Shown: one piece after another, positions 46,941 through 56,791 of the stretch | How positions within the stretch are numbered: position 1 is the stretch's first letter | Layout: each line of letters opens with the position of its first letter | Source of the DNA: a virus | Lineage: Duplodnaviria; Caudoviricetes | Length of the DNA: 64,000 nt | IMG/VR virus record: IMGVR_UViG_3300044840_000108 | Location: 1-64,000 of that record | Strand: one strand, 5' to 3' | The notes under the pieces: model-generated | What the model was told of the DNA's origin: nothing | The model's input: only the letters and a program-made list of their open reading frames with translations | The model's database searches: none | Position numbers and translations under genes: made by a program

Positions 46941-48006
46941 ATCCGCCGCCAGGGGCTGGGGCTGGGCGCGTTGGTCTGGTTTGTCGCCGCGTTCGGGTGA
47001 ACAAACCGGGTCTATGCACCCATATGGACACTGAGCGTTCGCGCTTGTGACCGCTTTGTGTCTTCCGTTTGGCGTACTACTTGCGGGTAGGAAGTACGAT
47101 CCGGCGGTCTGCCAGTGCAGGTGCACATGCCGTGGTGGTTACCCCGAGCGCGGCTCGCGTTTCGCTGGCAGACACCGACACGACTCCGCCCTGCCCCCGC
47201 GGAGGTCCCCCATAGCGAAGTAATGCCCGGCCGGTGCTTGCAACACCGGCCGGGCGACTAACCCAGGTCCCACCGCCAAGAGGGAGTCATGGGCTTGCCG
47301 CGCATTGTTGCACCAAACGCACCGCCCGACGGGCATCGGCGATACGTAATATCTGGTGATTCGTCGCCCTCCCCCGTTTCGTTCCACCTTCCCCCACGGG
47401 GACACCCCTCGGTGGGGGAAGGGGGTCCTACGGAACACCCGCCGGGGCCCCGGGGCCGTGGCCAAGTTTGCGCTGGTGACGAGCCCGGCCGCCGGGGGTG
47501 CCGTGGCGGGGAGGGAGTGATACGGCACCCCCGACAAATACGTGTAATCAGTAGACCCCCGGGGGGTATCGGCGCACACTGGATCACGTGCGGGCCTGGC
47601 GTGACCTCCCGTGCCCAGGGCACGGCACCGACCTGGCGTGGACCCCAATCGGCCCACGCGTCGTCGGCACATCCCCACTCCGCGTCCCCTGCCAGTTCTG
47701 CCGAGCCCCCATCGGCCACGCCTGCACCCGCCTCGTGCCCCGCCGCGGCCACACCCGCCGGCCACCGCACAACATCCGGATCAGCGACGCAGAAGCCGCC
47801 GCGGAGGCACCCGACTGGTGATGCCCCGTGATCGCGGCACTACCCCCCCACCCGACCTGGCCGGTCGGCCGACACCGCCATCACACCCGCCGCCACCGGC
47901 ACACCCATCACACCGCGCACCTCGGGATGTGGCTCACCCGATGCCGCGGTGACCTCGCCGTCACCGTCGTCCTGATCGCCGCGATCTGGCTGTGGGTGGC
48001 ACTCGC

Positions 48007-48378
48007 ATGACCCACCGCGCCCCCCACGGACGCCGGCCCACGACACGCGACCCGCTGTTCGGACTGACACCCGTCACGGACAGCTCCGAATGGGCGTGGT
48101 GGATCAGCCGAAAAGCCTGCCTCACCGCCCTCGACCCCGCCACCCTCACTCGCCACCGGACGGCGCTGCACGCCGCAGCGGCCCACCTGATCTGCCCGCA
48201 CCTGGTGTACGAGTGGGCGTTGCACGGCTACACCGTGACCCTCGTCCCGGCCGCCGTGTTCGCCCCCGACCGGGCCGACGACGCCACCTACCAGCGGGTA
48301 GCGAACGCCGCGTCTGCCGCAATCGAGCCCGGCCAACTCCTCGCGGCTGCCGGCGTCACCCCCGGGATCCGCCGTTGA
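48007..48378 (+). CDS. Hypothetical protein
   Basis: ATGA coupling. Confidence 0.45.
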   Translation: MTHRAPHGRRPTTRDPLFGLTPVTDSSEWAWWISRKACLTALDPATLTRHRTALHAAAAHLICPHLVYEWALHGYTVTLVPAAVFAPDRADDATYQRVANAASAAIEPGQLLAAAGVTPGIRR

Positions 48379-48708
48379 CCGGACGGGTAGGCAGCGAACT
48401 GGGCGACCGCGGCCACACCGTCGGAGCCTCCACCCAACCCGGCCAAGACATCCAGCGGCGCCGAGCCTTGTACGTGGCGTGGTGGGTGCTGCACCACATC
48501 GACCCCAACCTGCCAGCGTCCCCCGAAGCGCAGAAGACTGGTCTAGAAACAGCGCAAGCCGAAGTGTTGGCGATGCTCCTGGACGAGCTGGGGCTGAATG
48601 GACGACCAATCCGGTCAACCCGCACTGTCACCGCCGCCCGCCGGAGACGGCACTCCGCTGGAGACGGCAAGTAGTTCGCAGTCGCTATCACACGAAGGAG
48701 CACACACC

Positions 48709-50115
48709 ATGGCGACACGCCACTCCGAACAACGCAAACTGGTCGACGAACTCCAGCCACTCACCGACTACGGGTGGACCATCGTCGAAAGAGGCACACG
48801 ATGCATCGTCACCAACCCTGAACACCAGCAGTGCATCATCAACGTCGGCAGCAACGGCGGGCGCTCCACCAACCACCTCACCGTTCTCACGAAACTCAAC
48901 CGCATGGGCCTGCAAGAAGCACTCCAGCAGGTCGCGACCGATAAGGAGATCGAACGGCACGAACGGATCCGGGCCGACCGGGCCCGGGTGAAACCTGTCG
49001 TGTCGCAGATCCCGTTTGCCGAACCAGCCGCGCCCGAACCTGCCGGCACTGTCGTCACCTCCCCGGATCCGGCTCCCCCCGTGGCGGCGGCAACGTCACG
49101 GCGCACCGCCGAGACTCCCCCGGCGCCAACGAACTCAACACCGGCGGCCACCCAACCCGGCGGGCCCCAATGGAACCTGGACGAGCTGCCGAACATCGTT
49201 ACCCGCACCGAAATCATCACCCCCGAACGGGCCCAACAACTGCTGGACCAAGGCTTCACCACCCGCCTGCGCAACGGCAAAGTACTGGTGCCGCGGCCCG
49301 TCAAGAAACGCAACAAAGACAAGTACGTGCGGATCATCGAAGACAACGCGTGGATCCTCATGCCCGGCGGGATCTCCCTCGCCGAAGACACCGGAGACCC
49401 GCTCAACGGACGACACCGGTTGACTGCGGTCGTGGAAACCGGGTGGGCCATGCCGTTCCGGGTGCACTACAACGTGCCCGCCGAGACATTCGCCGCAGAG
49501 GACACCAACATGATCCGGTCGTCCTCGGACGTGCTGCACATGAAGGGTCGCACCAGCACTCACGGGCTGGCGTCGTCGTTGACGCTGCTCATGGCGTACG
49601 ACACGTGGCGGGCCGACCCGGAGGAGGTCCCGTCGTGGCCGTCCTGGACACGGCTGCTGTTCACGAACGATGAACGGTCCGAAGCCGACGACCGCTACCC
49701 CGAACTGCCGGACCACTTGAAGGTCGCGAACGCGGCGGCTACGTCGGCGCACCTGACGGCCTCCTCGATAGCGGTGTTCCGGTATGTCGCGGCCAGGGCG
49801 TGGCCTGAAGCGTTGAGCACCTACGACGAGAAGGGTGCCCGCATCGATACGGGCGAGTTGGATCGGTTCTGTGACCGGCTGGCGTCCGGGGAGGGTCAGC
49901 GGACCGAGCCGGCGTTCACGTTGCGGCAGTGGGCGATCCGGCGCATCAAGGACCCGGTGCGGCCTGCCCGGGAAATCCACTTCCTGCTACTGGTGAAGGC
50001 GTGGAACCTGCACATGGCCGGGAAGCCGCTCGGTAACATCATGTACCGGACGGGGGAACCGATCCCCGCTTTGTGGACCCCGCCGGCAGCCACTCGCCGG
50101 GCCAAGCGTGGGTGA
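48709..50115 (+). CDS. ParB/Srx-like protein with an N-terminal HicA-like domain
   Basis: ITPERAQQLL, PLNGRHRLTAV (DGQHRL-like), DT...RS..D; AAGGAG RBS. Confidence 0.65.
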   Translation: MATRHSEQRKLVDELQPLTDYGWTIVERGTRCIVTNPEHQQCIINVGSNGGRSTNHLTVLTKLNRMGLQEALQQVATDKEIERHERIRADRARVKPVVSQIPFAEPAAPEPAGTVVTSPDPAPPVAAATSRRTAETPPAPTNSTPAATQPGGPQWNLDELPNIVTRTEIITPERAQQLLDQGFTTRLRNGKVLVPRPVKKRNKDKYVRIIEDNAWILMPGGISLAEDTGDPLNGRHRLTAVVETGWAMPFRVHYNVPAETFAAEDTNMIRSSSDVLHMKGRTSTHGLASSLTLLMAYDTWRADPEEVPSWPSWTRLLFTNDERSEADDRYPELPDHLKVANAAATSAHLTASSIAVFRYVAARAWPEALSTYDEKGARIDTGELDRFCDRLASGEGQRTEPAFTLRQWAIRRIKDPVRPAREIHFLLLVKAWNLHMAGKPLGNIMYRTGEPIPALWTPPAATRRAKRG

Positions 50116-50169
50116 CGACCCCGTCTCCTGGTGGTGTGTCGAGGAGCGGCCGACACACCACCAGGTCTG

Positions 50170-50550
50170 TTAACGGCGGCGCTTTCCCAACCACTCCCGC
50201 ACGCTTGACCGGCCCACGCCTATCTCTCGGGCGAACCCGGACTCCGACTCGATGCCCTGCCCATCGTCCACGACCAGGGTGATCGCGCACTGCCTGGCTT
50301 CGGCCAGCGCACGAAGTACGGCGACGCGCGCCCGGGTCAACTCGGCGGCCACGTCTTTCACCACCACCCGGGGGTCCTCCGTCATCAGGCGGTGAGCAGC
50401 GATCAGGGCCGCGTCACGCTCGTCCTGGTCATCCTCGTCCGGGTAGCGGGCCTCGATCTCGGTGGCGGCGGTGGTGAACTGGTCGACCTGCTCGTTGGTG
50501 AGACCGTGGTCGTCCCCGAGCCACGCCTCCATCTCGTATCGCTGTGCCAT
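50170..50550 (-). CDS. Protein with a C-terminal HTH
   Basis: SESGFAREIGVGRSSVREWLGK. Confidence 0.7.
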   Translation of the reverse strand: MAQRYEMEAWLGDDHGLTNEQVDQFTTAATEIEARYPDEDDQDERDAALIAAHRLMTEDPRVVVKDVAAELTRARVAVLRALAEARQCAITLVVDDGQGIESESGFAREIGVGRSSVREWLGKRRR

Positions 50551-50782
50551 TTCACGGACTCCCTTCAGCGCGTCGCTGCCCACCAGGTGAACCAGCCGAC
50601 CGGTGCGGCGACAAGCAGCCCGATCACGCCGGCGACGCTGAGAATGAACCTGGCGCGGTCTCGAATGCGTCCTGCGTCTCCGGTCGCTTCCAGCCATAGC
50701 GTGTGGGCGATCCGGGCCCTGTGCTCCATGCGCCGCTGGTAGCGGTCGAACCAGCGCTGAAGCCAGTTGTCGGGAACCTCGC

Positions 50783-51079
50783 TCACGACGTGGCTTTCTC
50801 AAAGATCGGGATGAGGTCAAGGTCTTCGATCTGCTGGAGGATGTCGTCCACCCAGTCCCCGGACAGGTCGGCGTCGACGTTCACGATCAGTTCACTGAAG
50901 GACCGGCGCCAGGTGCCACCGGTGACCGACTCAATGATCTCTTTGTAGGCGTCGAGCGCGTCCTCCACGAACTGGTCGGCCGGTGCACCAGTGGTGTCGC
51001 CGGCCCAGGCGTACAGGCCGTCGATGAGCGTGTTGGTGATCAGGTTGCCGGTGAGTTTGATGGTGGTGAAGGTGGGCAC
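50783..51079 (-). CDS. Acidic hypothetical protein
   Basis: AAGGAG RBS; strongly acidic. Confidence 0.6.
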   Translation of the reverse strand: MPTFTTIKLTGNLITNTLIDGLYAWAGDTTGAPADQFVEDALDAYKEIIESVTGGTWRRSFSELIVNVDADLSGDWVDDILQQIEDLDLIPIFEKATS

Positions 51080-51105
51080 GGTCGGCTCCTTGCGGGTCTG
51101 GTGGG

Positions 51106-51369
51106 TCAGGCGAACAGAGTGCCGTGATTGAACGCCCAGCGCGCGGTGCGCTCGGCGCTCTCCAGCGTCTTGTGACAAACGGGGGTGTCGCTGATGCCCA
51201 GGTTCGGGAGCAGGTAGCCATCCTCGGTCGGCAGGACGGGAATCGTCCACACCTGCACCGCCCCGGACCACGGGCCGCTTGTGATGACGGGATCGGCGGT
51301 ACGCAGGGCGTTCGGCCAGCGTTCGCGGACGGCGGCGAGCAGGTCGTCGGTGGTCTGAGTGGTGGGCAC
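51106..51369 (-). CDS. Hypothetical protein
   Basis: AGGAG RBS. Confidence 0.55.
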   Translation of the reverse strand: MPTTQTTDDLLAAVRERWPNALRTADPVITSGPWSGAVQVWTIPVLPTEDGYLLPNLGISDTPVCHKTLESAERTARWAFNHGTLFA

Positions 51370-51410
51370 AGGTACTCCTGTGGTGGAAGGGACTGGGTTT
51401 GGCGGGTAGA

Positions 51411-51794
51411 TCAGTCGTTGTCCCAGATCTGGGTGCTGTAGCGGCCCGAGCCGTCGGAGTCGTACTGGGTGGCACCGGGCTGGTTGCGGTAGACCCGGCC
51501 TTCGCCGAATGCGCTGTTGCGGACGGTGCGGTAGGCGCTGGTTCCGACGGTGGCCAGGGCGGCGGTGGTGGCGGCTTCGCGCTGGGCGGCCTTGTCGAGG
51601 CGGTCGGACAGCGCGCTCAGCAGCACGGGGATCGCGGTCTCGGCGGCGTCCTGGGTGGGGTAGACGGTGAAGCCGAGGTTTTTGCCGGTGGGGGCGTCGC
51701 AGACGATCCAGCCGGCCTCGCGGACGACGCGGCCGTTGCGGCGCTTCGCGGTCTGCTCGTAGACCTTGGCCTGGATGTCGCTGATGTCTGCCAT
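51411..51794 (-). CDS. Hypothetical protein
   Basis: GGAGG RBS. Confidence 0.6.
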   Translation of the reverse strand: MADISDIQAKVYEQTAKRRNGRVVREAGWIVCDAPTGKNLGFTVYPTQDAAETAIPVLLSALSDRLDKAAQREAATTAALATVGTSAYRTVRNSAFGEGRVYRNQPGATQYDSDGSGRYSTQIWDND

Positions 51795-51878
51795 GATGTC
51801 CTCCGTGGTGGCTATACCTGTATAGCCACCCAACAGTCATGGTTGTGTCTATAGCCTGTCAGTGAAATCCTGACAGGC

Positions 51879-52670
51879 ATGACGACCCCTCCCCGGATCA
51901 CCACAGCCGAACTGGTCGAAACGATTCAGCACATCCGCCGCAGGCACGCCGCAGCCGACGACCCCTCCTGGGGCTTGATTACCACCGACCCCCGCGACGT
52001 CCTGGACTACCTCGCCGACTACGCCCACAACCCCGACAACCCCGAAGGAGTCCGATCTGCCGACGCGGTCGACCGGATCACCCTCACCGTGTGGCTGTGG
52101 TGGGATGATCGACGCCGCCACCGCGACGTCCTGCGGGACGCCATGCGCTTGCTTCCCGCATCCCAGGTGGGTGCCGCGCTGGGCCTGACCACCCGCCAGG
52201 GTGCACGGGACCGGCTGGACCGGCTGGATGCGCTGCTGAGCGGGGATCGGCCCGACGAGAAGCTGACCCGCGGCGCCCGGCGGGAAGCCGCCACGCTGGG
52301 CCAGCACGGCGACGCGCGGGCCGCATGGATCGCCACACACCACGCGGTGCTCGATGACGCCGCCACGCGCCTCCTGGACGCCGCCGACCACTATCAGATC
52401 ATCGAGCGGGAGTGGCTGGACGAACTCGCCGCGGACCAGGCCGCAGGGGCATGGACACCCGGCTCGATCGGGGTGCTCGGACTGGCCATCGCGGAGATCC
52501 GCGCCGACCCAGCCGTCCTCGCCCTGCCCGGGCATCACGCCGTGTTCCGGGCGTTGGCCGCGGCCGACCGGATTCGCGCCGACTTCGCCCGGATCGGCTG
52601 TTTCACCTACCACCACAACACCCCCGAAAGGGGCTGGGGGCTATGCGTTACATCGTCGTGCTCGGGTTAG
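51879..52670 (+). CDS. Helical protein with an HTH-like motif
   Basis: SQVGAALGLTTRQGARDR. Confidence 0.6.
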   Translation: MTTPPRITTAELVETIQHIRRRHAAADDPSWGLITTDPRDVLDYLADYAHNPDNPEGVRSADAVDRITLTVWLWWDDRRRHRDVLRDAMRLLPASQVGAALGLTTRQGARDRLDRLDALLSGDRPDEKLTRGARREAATLGQHGDARAAWIATHHAVLDDAATRLLDAADHYQIIEREWLDELAADQAAGAWTPGSIGVLGLAIAEIRADPAVLALPGHHAVFRALAAADRIRADFARIGCFTYHHNTPERGWGLCVTSSCSG

Positions 52671-52909
52671 GTGCCCTCGTGTGGCACCGACCGGAATCAC
52701 CCAGTGTGTGGCTACTTGTGGTCATCACATTCGTCTTGTGGGCCATCCACTCCGCGATCTGGCCACAACGGAACTGCCGGCACTGCACCGGCGGCGACAA
52801 AATCTACGACCCCGTCACCGGCGGGTCCTACCACCCGTGTGGCCGGTCGGATTGTCACGGTGGCCGGGTGTGGCGGGTCCTGCCGAAACTCACTGGCCTG
52901 GGCCGGTAG
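52643..52909 (+). CDS. Membrane protein with a DnaJ-like Cys motif
   Basis: Two TM helices followed by CRHCTG...CGRSDCHG. Confidence 0.55.
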   Translation: MRYIVVLGLGALVWHRPESPSVWLLVVITFVLWAIHSAIWPQRNCRHCTGGDKIYDPVTGGSYHPCGRSDCHGGRVWRVLPKLTGLGR

Positions 52910-52920
52910 CGTCTGCCTGG

Positions 52921-53325
52921 CTACCGGAAGCCGTAGAACGCGACCTCGTCGCCCCCGGCCTCGACCAGGAGCCGGTCCACGCTGGCTGCGGCCGCTTTGT
53001 TACGCCGCCCGGTGGCCCGTTTCGACTCCACGAACTCCCTGAACTTCTCCCCGTCCTGCCGTTCGCCGTATTCGTTCTCTATACGCCAGCCCTCCTGGCG
53101 CCGGTCGGCCAGGAATGCGAACCACTCCGTCGGACAGGTCAGGTCCGGCAACTCAACACCAGACGGCTGTGTCTCCCGCGGGAACACCGGCTCCGCGTGG
53201 TAGCCGTGCCACAGGAACACCCACCCCACGCTCGACTTCCCGACGTGGATCCCGGTGGGGTTCTCCCCGCACGACGCGCACACCGGCGTGTCAGTGTCCC
53301 GGACCAGGTAAAAGTTGGTGCCCAT
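52921..53325 (-). CDS. Phage hypothetical protein
   Basis: MGTNFY...HVGKSSVGWVF...NEYG. Confidence 0.7.
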   Translation of the reverse strand: MGTNFYLVRDTDTPVCASCGENPTGIHVGKSSVGWVFLWHGYHAEPVFPRETQPSGVELPDLTCPTEWFAFLADRRQEGWRIENEYGERQDGEKFREFVESKRATGRRNKAAAASVDRLLVEAGGDEVAFYGFR

Positions 53326-53590
53326 CGCGTGCCCTTCCTGGTTCAGTTCCACGGCCGGTCGTCGGGGTCCTCCCCGAGCGTGGTGGCCGCCATCCAGCAC
53401 AAGGCGTGCCCGCGGCGGGGATTCCCGGCGTGGCCGCCGCCCCACGCACTGCACGCCGCGACCGCAATCGCCCGCCACGTGAACCCCTGGGCGACCCGCC
53501 ACGCCCGGATCCGATGGGCCCGTTCCCCCGTCATCGGGGCATCCCCGACCAGCCACACCGCGACACTGTCCGGAACCTCCGGAGTGGCTG

Positions 53591-54322
53591 TCACAGGGCA
53601 CCAGGCAGGTTGTAGCGGTACGCACCCCACCGTTCTGCTGGTTGCACAGACTCGCCGTACTCCAGTGCGGTGCCGTCCGACGCCACCCACGTGCAGCGGA
53701 TCCGCAGCACCGCCGACCCCGGTTCGATCGCCAGTTCGTGGGCCTCAACGTCAGTGGCGGTGCTGGCCGCGACGTGGTCCACACCGCTCACCGGGCCGTG
53801 CCGTCCCGTGTTGATGGCGACATATGCGGCGGTGCCACCCTTGATGCGGTCCGTCACCAACAGGGCCGGGCACTTCTCCAGGCACAGTGCCGCATGAAAA
53901 TACGATGCCGATGTTGATACCGGCTGGTGGTGGCTGTTGAAAGTGGTGCGCACCCGCGCCACCACGTCACTGCCCCGCACGATGTTCAGGGCGTCCGCGA
54001 CGCGGTCCGCCGCCGGCCCTACACCGGTGAGGCGGATCGTGGCGTAGTGACCTGGCGGGTAGATCCGACCGGTGTGCACCACCGCCAGCGCCCGGTCCGC
54101 TGGCGTGAACGCGCGGGGCGTGAAGTCCGATTCCATCGGGGACGCCATCCCTCCCAGTTTGGTGAACCACGCAACGGTGGTCTCATGCAGTGCGACGGCG
54201 GCGGCGAGGGCACGAGTGGCGGCCGTCTCTGACCGGGTCGCAGCTCGTGCCTGCGCCCAACTCACGGCGAACACCACCAGGGAGGCCAGCGCGGCCAGCG
54301 TGCCCCATGGCCAGGCGGTCAC
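53591..54322 (-). CDS. UTRA-domain protein with an N-terminal hydrophobic helix and no HTH
   Basis: TGRIYPPGHYA, VADAL...VARVR, SASYF, EAHELAIEPGSAVL, LEYGES. Confidence 0.7.
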   Translation of the reverse strand: MTAWPWGTLAALASLVVFAVSWAQARAATRSETAATRALAAAVALHETTVAWFTKLGGMASPMESDFTPRAFTPADRALAVVHTGRIYPPGHYATIRLTGVGPAADRVADALNIVRGSDVVARVRTTFNSHHQPVSTSASYFHAALCLEKCPALLVTDRIKGGTAAYVAINTGRHGPVSGVDHVAASTATDVEAHELAIEPGSAVLRIRCTWVASDGTALEYGESVQPAERWGAYRYNLPGAL

Positions 54323-54467
54323 CGGGGGTTCGTCCCGTCGCGCTTGCGGACCTGGCGCGGCTCGTATCCGCGCCCTGCTTCGCCGGCCAGGTGTTCGATC
54401 ACCGCGTCGGTCAACTCGACACCCCCCGAGGTTCCCCATCGAATCGGTAGCGCCTTGCTGTCATCGC

Positions 54468-54899
54468 TCACCTGTCGGCCTCCCGTTCAGCGTCGGCGGC
54501 TTCCTGCGCCAACCCCGCCGCGATGTTCTCCCCCGCTGGTGCCGGCAACGCCAGGTGGTAGTCGTAGGTGTTGGTTGCCGTCGACTGCGCCAGCAACCCC
54601 GCCATCAACAGCCGTTGCAGGTTCTCCAGCAGCGCTGTCGCGACGAACGCGTCGTAGGTGAGCGCCCGGAACCCGGGGTGCTCGGCGGCGGGGGTGCACA
54701 CCACCTTCGCGACGTGGGTGGTGTAGAACGCGGGCAGGTCAAGGCCGCGGAGCAGGCCGGTGTCGTCGGCGGCGTCCGCGAGGGCTTCGATCAGCACGCT
54801 GAACACCATGCTCCCCGCCGCCAGGTTCGTCACCCTGATGTATTTTCGGTATTCTCCCTTGTCTACCAGGTTCGCCCACGACGCCTTGTTCCACTCCAT
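54468..54899 (-). CDS. Hypothetical protein
   Basis: AAGGAG RBS. Confidence 0.6.
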   Translation of the reverse strand: MEWNKASWANLVDKGEYRKYIRVTNLAAGSMVFSVLIEALADAADDTGLLRGLDLPAFYTTHVAKVVCTPAAEHPGFRALTYDAFVATALLENLQRLLMAGLLAQSTATNTYDYHLALPAPAGENIAAGLAQEAADAEREADR

Positions 54900-54929
54900 C
54901 GGTCTCCTTTCAGCGGTTTTAGATGATTC

Positions 54930-56282
54930 TTATGCCCGGGCGAGGTCAACGAACCGGCTGTAGTGCAGTTGGTGGGCCACGGTAATGGTGCTGGTTGGGC
55001 CGGCGCGGTGTTTCGCGATGATCAGGTCAGCTTCGCCCGCGCGAGGGTCGTCCCGTTCCCACGCGTCCGGGCGGTTGAGCAGGATCACCAGATCCGCGTC
55101 CTGTTCCAGCGAACCGCTTTCACGCAGGTCAGACAGCATGGGTCGTTTGTCGGTGCGCTGCTCCGGGCCGCGGTTCAACTGCGACACCGCGATGACCGGG
55201 ACATCCAGCTCTTTAGCGAGCAACTTCAGGTTTCGGGAGAACTCCGACACCTCCTGCTGCCGGGACTCGACCCGCTTCCCGGAGGTCATCAGTTGCAGGT
55301 AGTCCACGACGATGAGGCGCAGGTCGTTGCGCTGCTTGAGCCTGCGTGCCTTGGCCCGGATCTCCATCATCGTCAGGTTCGGCGAGTCGTCGATGAACAG
55401 GGGGGCTTCGTTGATTTCCCCCATACGGCGGGCGAGCCGGGTCCAGTCGTCGTCGGACATGCGGCCACTACGCATGTCCTGCAACCGGATCTTGCATTCG
55501 GCGGACAGGATGCGCATCATGATCTCGCTGCGGGACATCTCCAGGGAGAAGATGGCACTCGTCAGGTGTTGGTCGATTGAGCAGCTTCGGGCGATATCGG
55601 TTGCTAGCGTGCTTTTGCCGACTCCCGGCCTGGCGGCAATGATGATCATCTGGCCGCCTTGCAAGCCGTGGATCAAATCGTCCAAGTCGGTGATCCCCGT
55701 CTTCACCCCCAGCGAATGGCCGCCGCGGGATGCGATCGCATCCAACTCGTCCACCGTGGGCTGCAACAACGCCTCGAACACCTGGTAGTCCTCGGCCATG
55801 CGCCGCTCGGTGACCTGGTACACCTCGGCCTGCGCCCGATCCACCACGCCATCGACGGTGGCCCCGTCCGCGCCGGCATAGCCCATCTGCACAATCCGGG
55901 TGCCGGCCTCGACCAGTCGGCGCAGCACCGCCTTCTCGGCCACGATCTCCGCGTAGTAACCCGCGTTGGCCGCGGTCGGCACGGTGGCGATCAGCGTGTG
56001 CAGGTAGGGCGCGCCACCGACCCGTACCAGTTCCTTGCGGCGCCCCAACTCCGCAGCCACTGTCACCGCGTCTGCCGGCTCACCCCGGCCATACAAGTCC
56101 AGGATGCAGTCGTACACGGCCTGGTGTTTCGGCAGATAGAAGTCGTTTGGCCCCAGTCCCTCGACCACGTCGGCAATGGCGTCCTTGGACAGCATCATCC
56201 CGCCGAGCACGGACTGTTCGGCCTGCAAGTCCTGCGGCGGCATCCGCTCGCCAGTGCTCGGATACAGCTCGACAACGGTCAC
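54930..56282 (-). CDS. dnaB: Replicative DNA helicase DnaB
   Basis: PPQDLQAEQSVLGG, AARPGVGKST, VVDYLQLM, SQLNRGPEQR, LRESGSLEQDAD, KHRAG. Confidence 0.97.
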   Translation of the reverse strand: MTVVELYPSTGERMPPQDLQAEQSVLGGMMLSKDAIADVVEGLGPNDFYLPKHQAVYDCILDLYGRGEPADAVTVAAELGRRKELVRVGGAPYLHTLIATVPTAANAGYYAEIVAEKAVLRRLVEAGTRIVQMGYAGADGATVDGVVDRAQAEVYQVTERRMAEDYQVFEALLQPTVDELDAIASRGGHSLGVKTGITDLDDLIHGLQGGQMIIIAARPGVGKSTLATDIARSCSIDQHLTSAIFSLEMSRSEIMMRILSAECKIRLQDMRSGRMSDDDWTRLARRMGEINEAPLFIDDSPNLTMMEIRAKARRLKQRNDLRLIVVDYLQLMTSGKRVESRQQEVSEFSRNLKLLAKELDVPVIAVSQLNRGPEQRTDKRPMLSDLRESGSLEQDADLVILLNRPDAWERDDPRAGEADLIIAKHRAGPTSTITVAHQLHYSRFVDLARA

Positions 56283-56791
56283 AGTTCTGGCCCGTCCTCG
56301 TCGGGGCGCAGATCGAAGATCGTTACCTCGATGTCGCCCCCGTGGCCGCCGATCCCGTCCCATTCGAGGCTTTGGGCTTCCTTGGGTCGGACTCCTGATA
56401 GGCCACCCCGGTCGGGTTCCAATGACCGCAGCACGAACATGTGCCAGTCGGTCACCCATAGCCACGGCTTCCTTGTCACGTGCACCGTCCAGTGCAGGTA
56501 CGCCGCCCACGTTCGGATGCGTTCTACCGCAATGCCGTACTCGTGAGAAGGCACTGGGCAACAGGTCGTGTGTGTTGTGCGCCATGGCATGTAGTTCTCG
56601 CTGGCTCCCGACGACGGTTCGAAGACTTCCGAGAGGTCACAGATGTGCGTTGCGTGGTCCGGCAGCGCGGTGTTCATGGTCAGCTCGATGGCTTCGCTGC
56701 GCTCGACCCAGACGTGACCCTCGCCATCAGCAATCGGCTGAACACAGATGTCACAAATCGCCTGTAGATCCGGGGGTGGCTCATTGGTCAC
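56279..56791 (-). CDS. Zn-binding hypothetical protein in the replication module
   Basis: ICDIC...HTTC; coupled between rep and dnaB. Confidence 0.6.
   Translation of the reverse strand: MTNEPPPDLQAICDICVQPIADGEGHVWVERSEAIELTMNTALPDHATHICDLSEVFEPSSGASENYMPWRTTHTTCCPVPSHEYGIAVERIRTWAAYLHWTVHVTRKPWLWVTDWHMFVLRSLEPDRGGLSGVRPKEAQSLEWDGIGGHGGDIEVTIFDLRPDEDGPEL

Noticed and set aside
46158-50115. Local switches between G/T-rich and C/A-rich composition on the plus strand
   Set aside because: Noticed by eye only and not quantifiable here; similar patches occur across the window
54930-56282. Intein in DnaB (or in TerL)
   Set aside because: Both proteins are normal length with contiguous motifs
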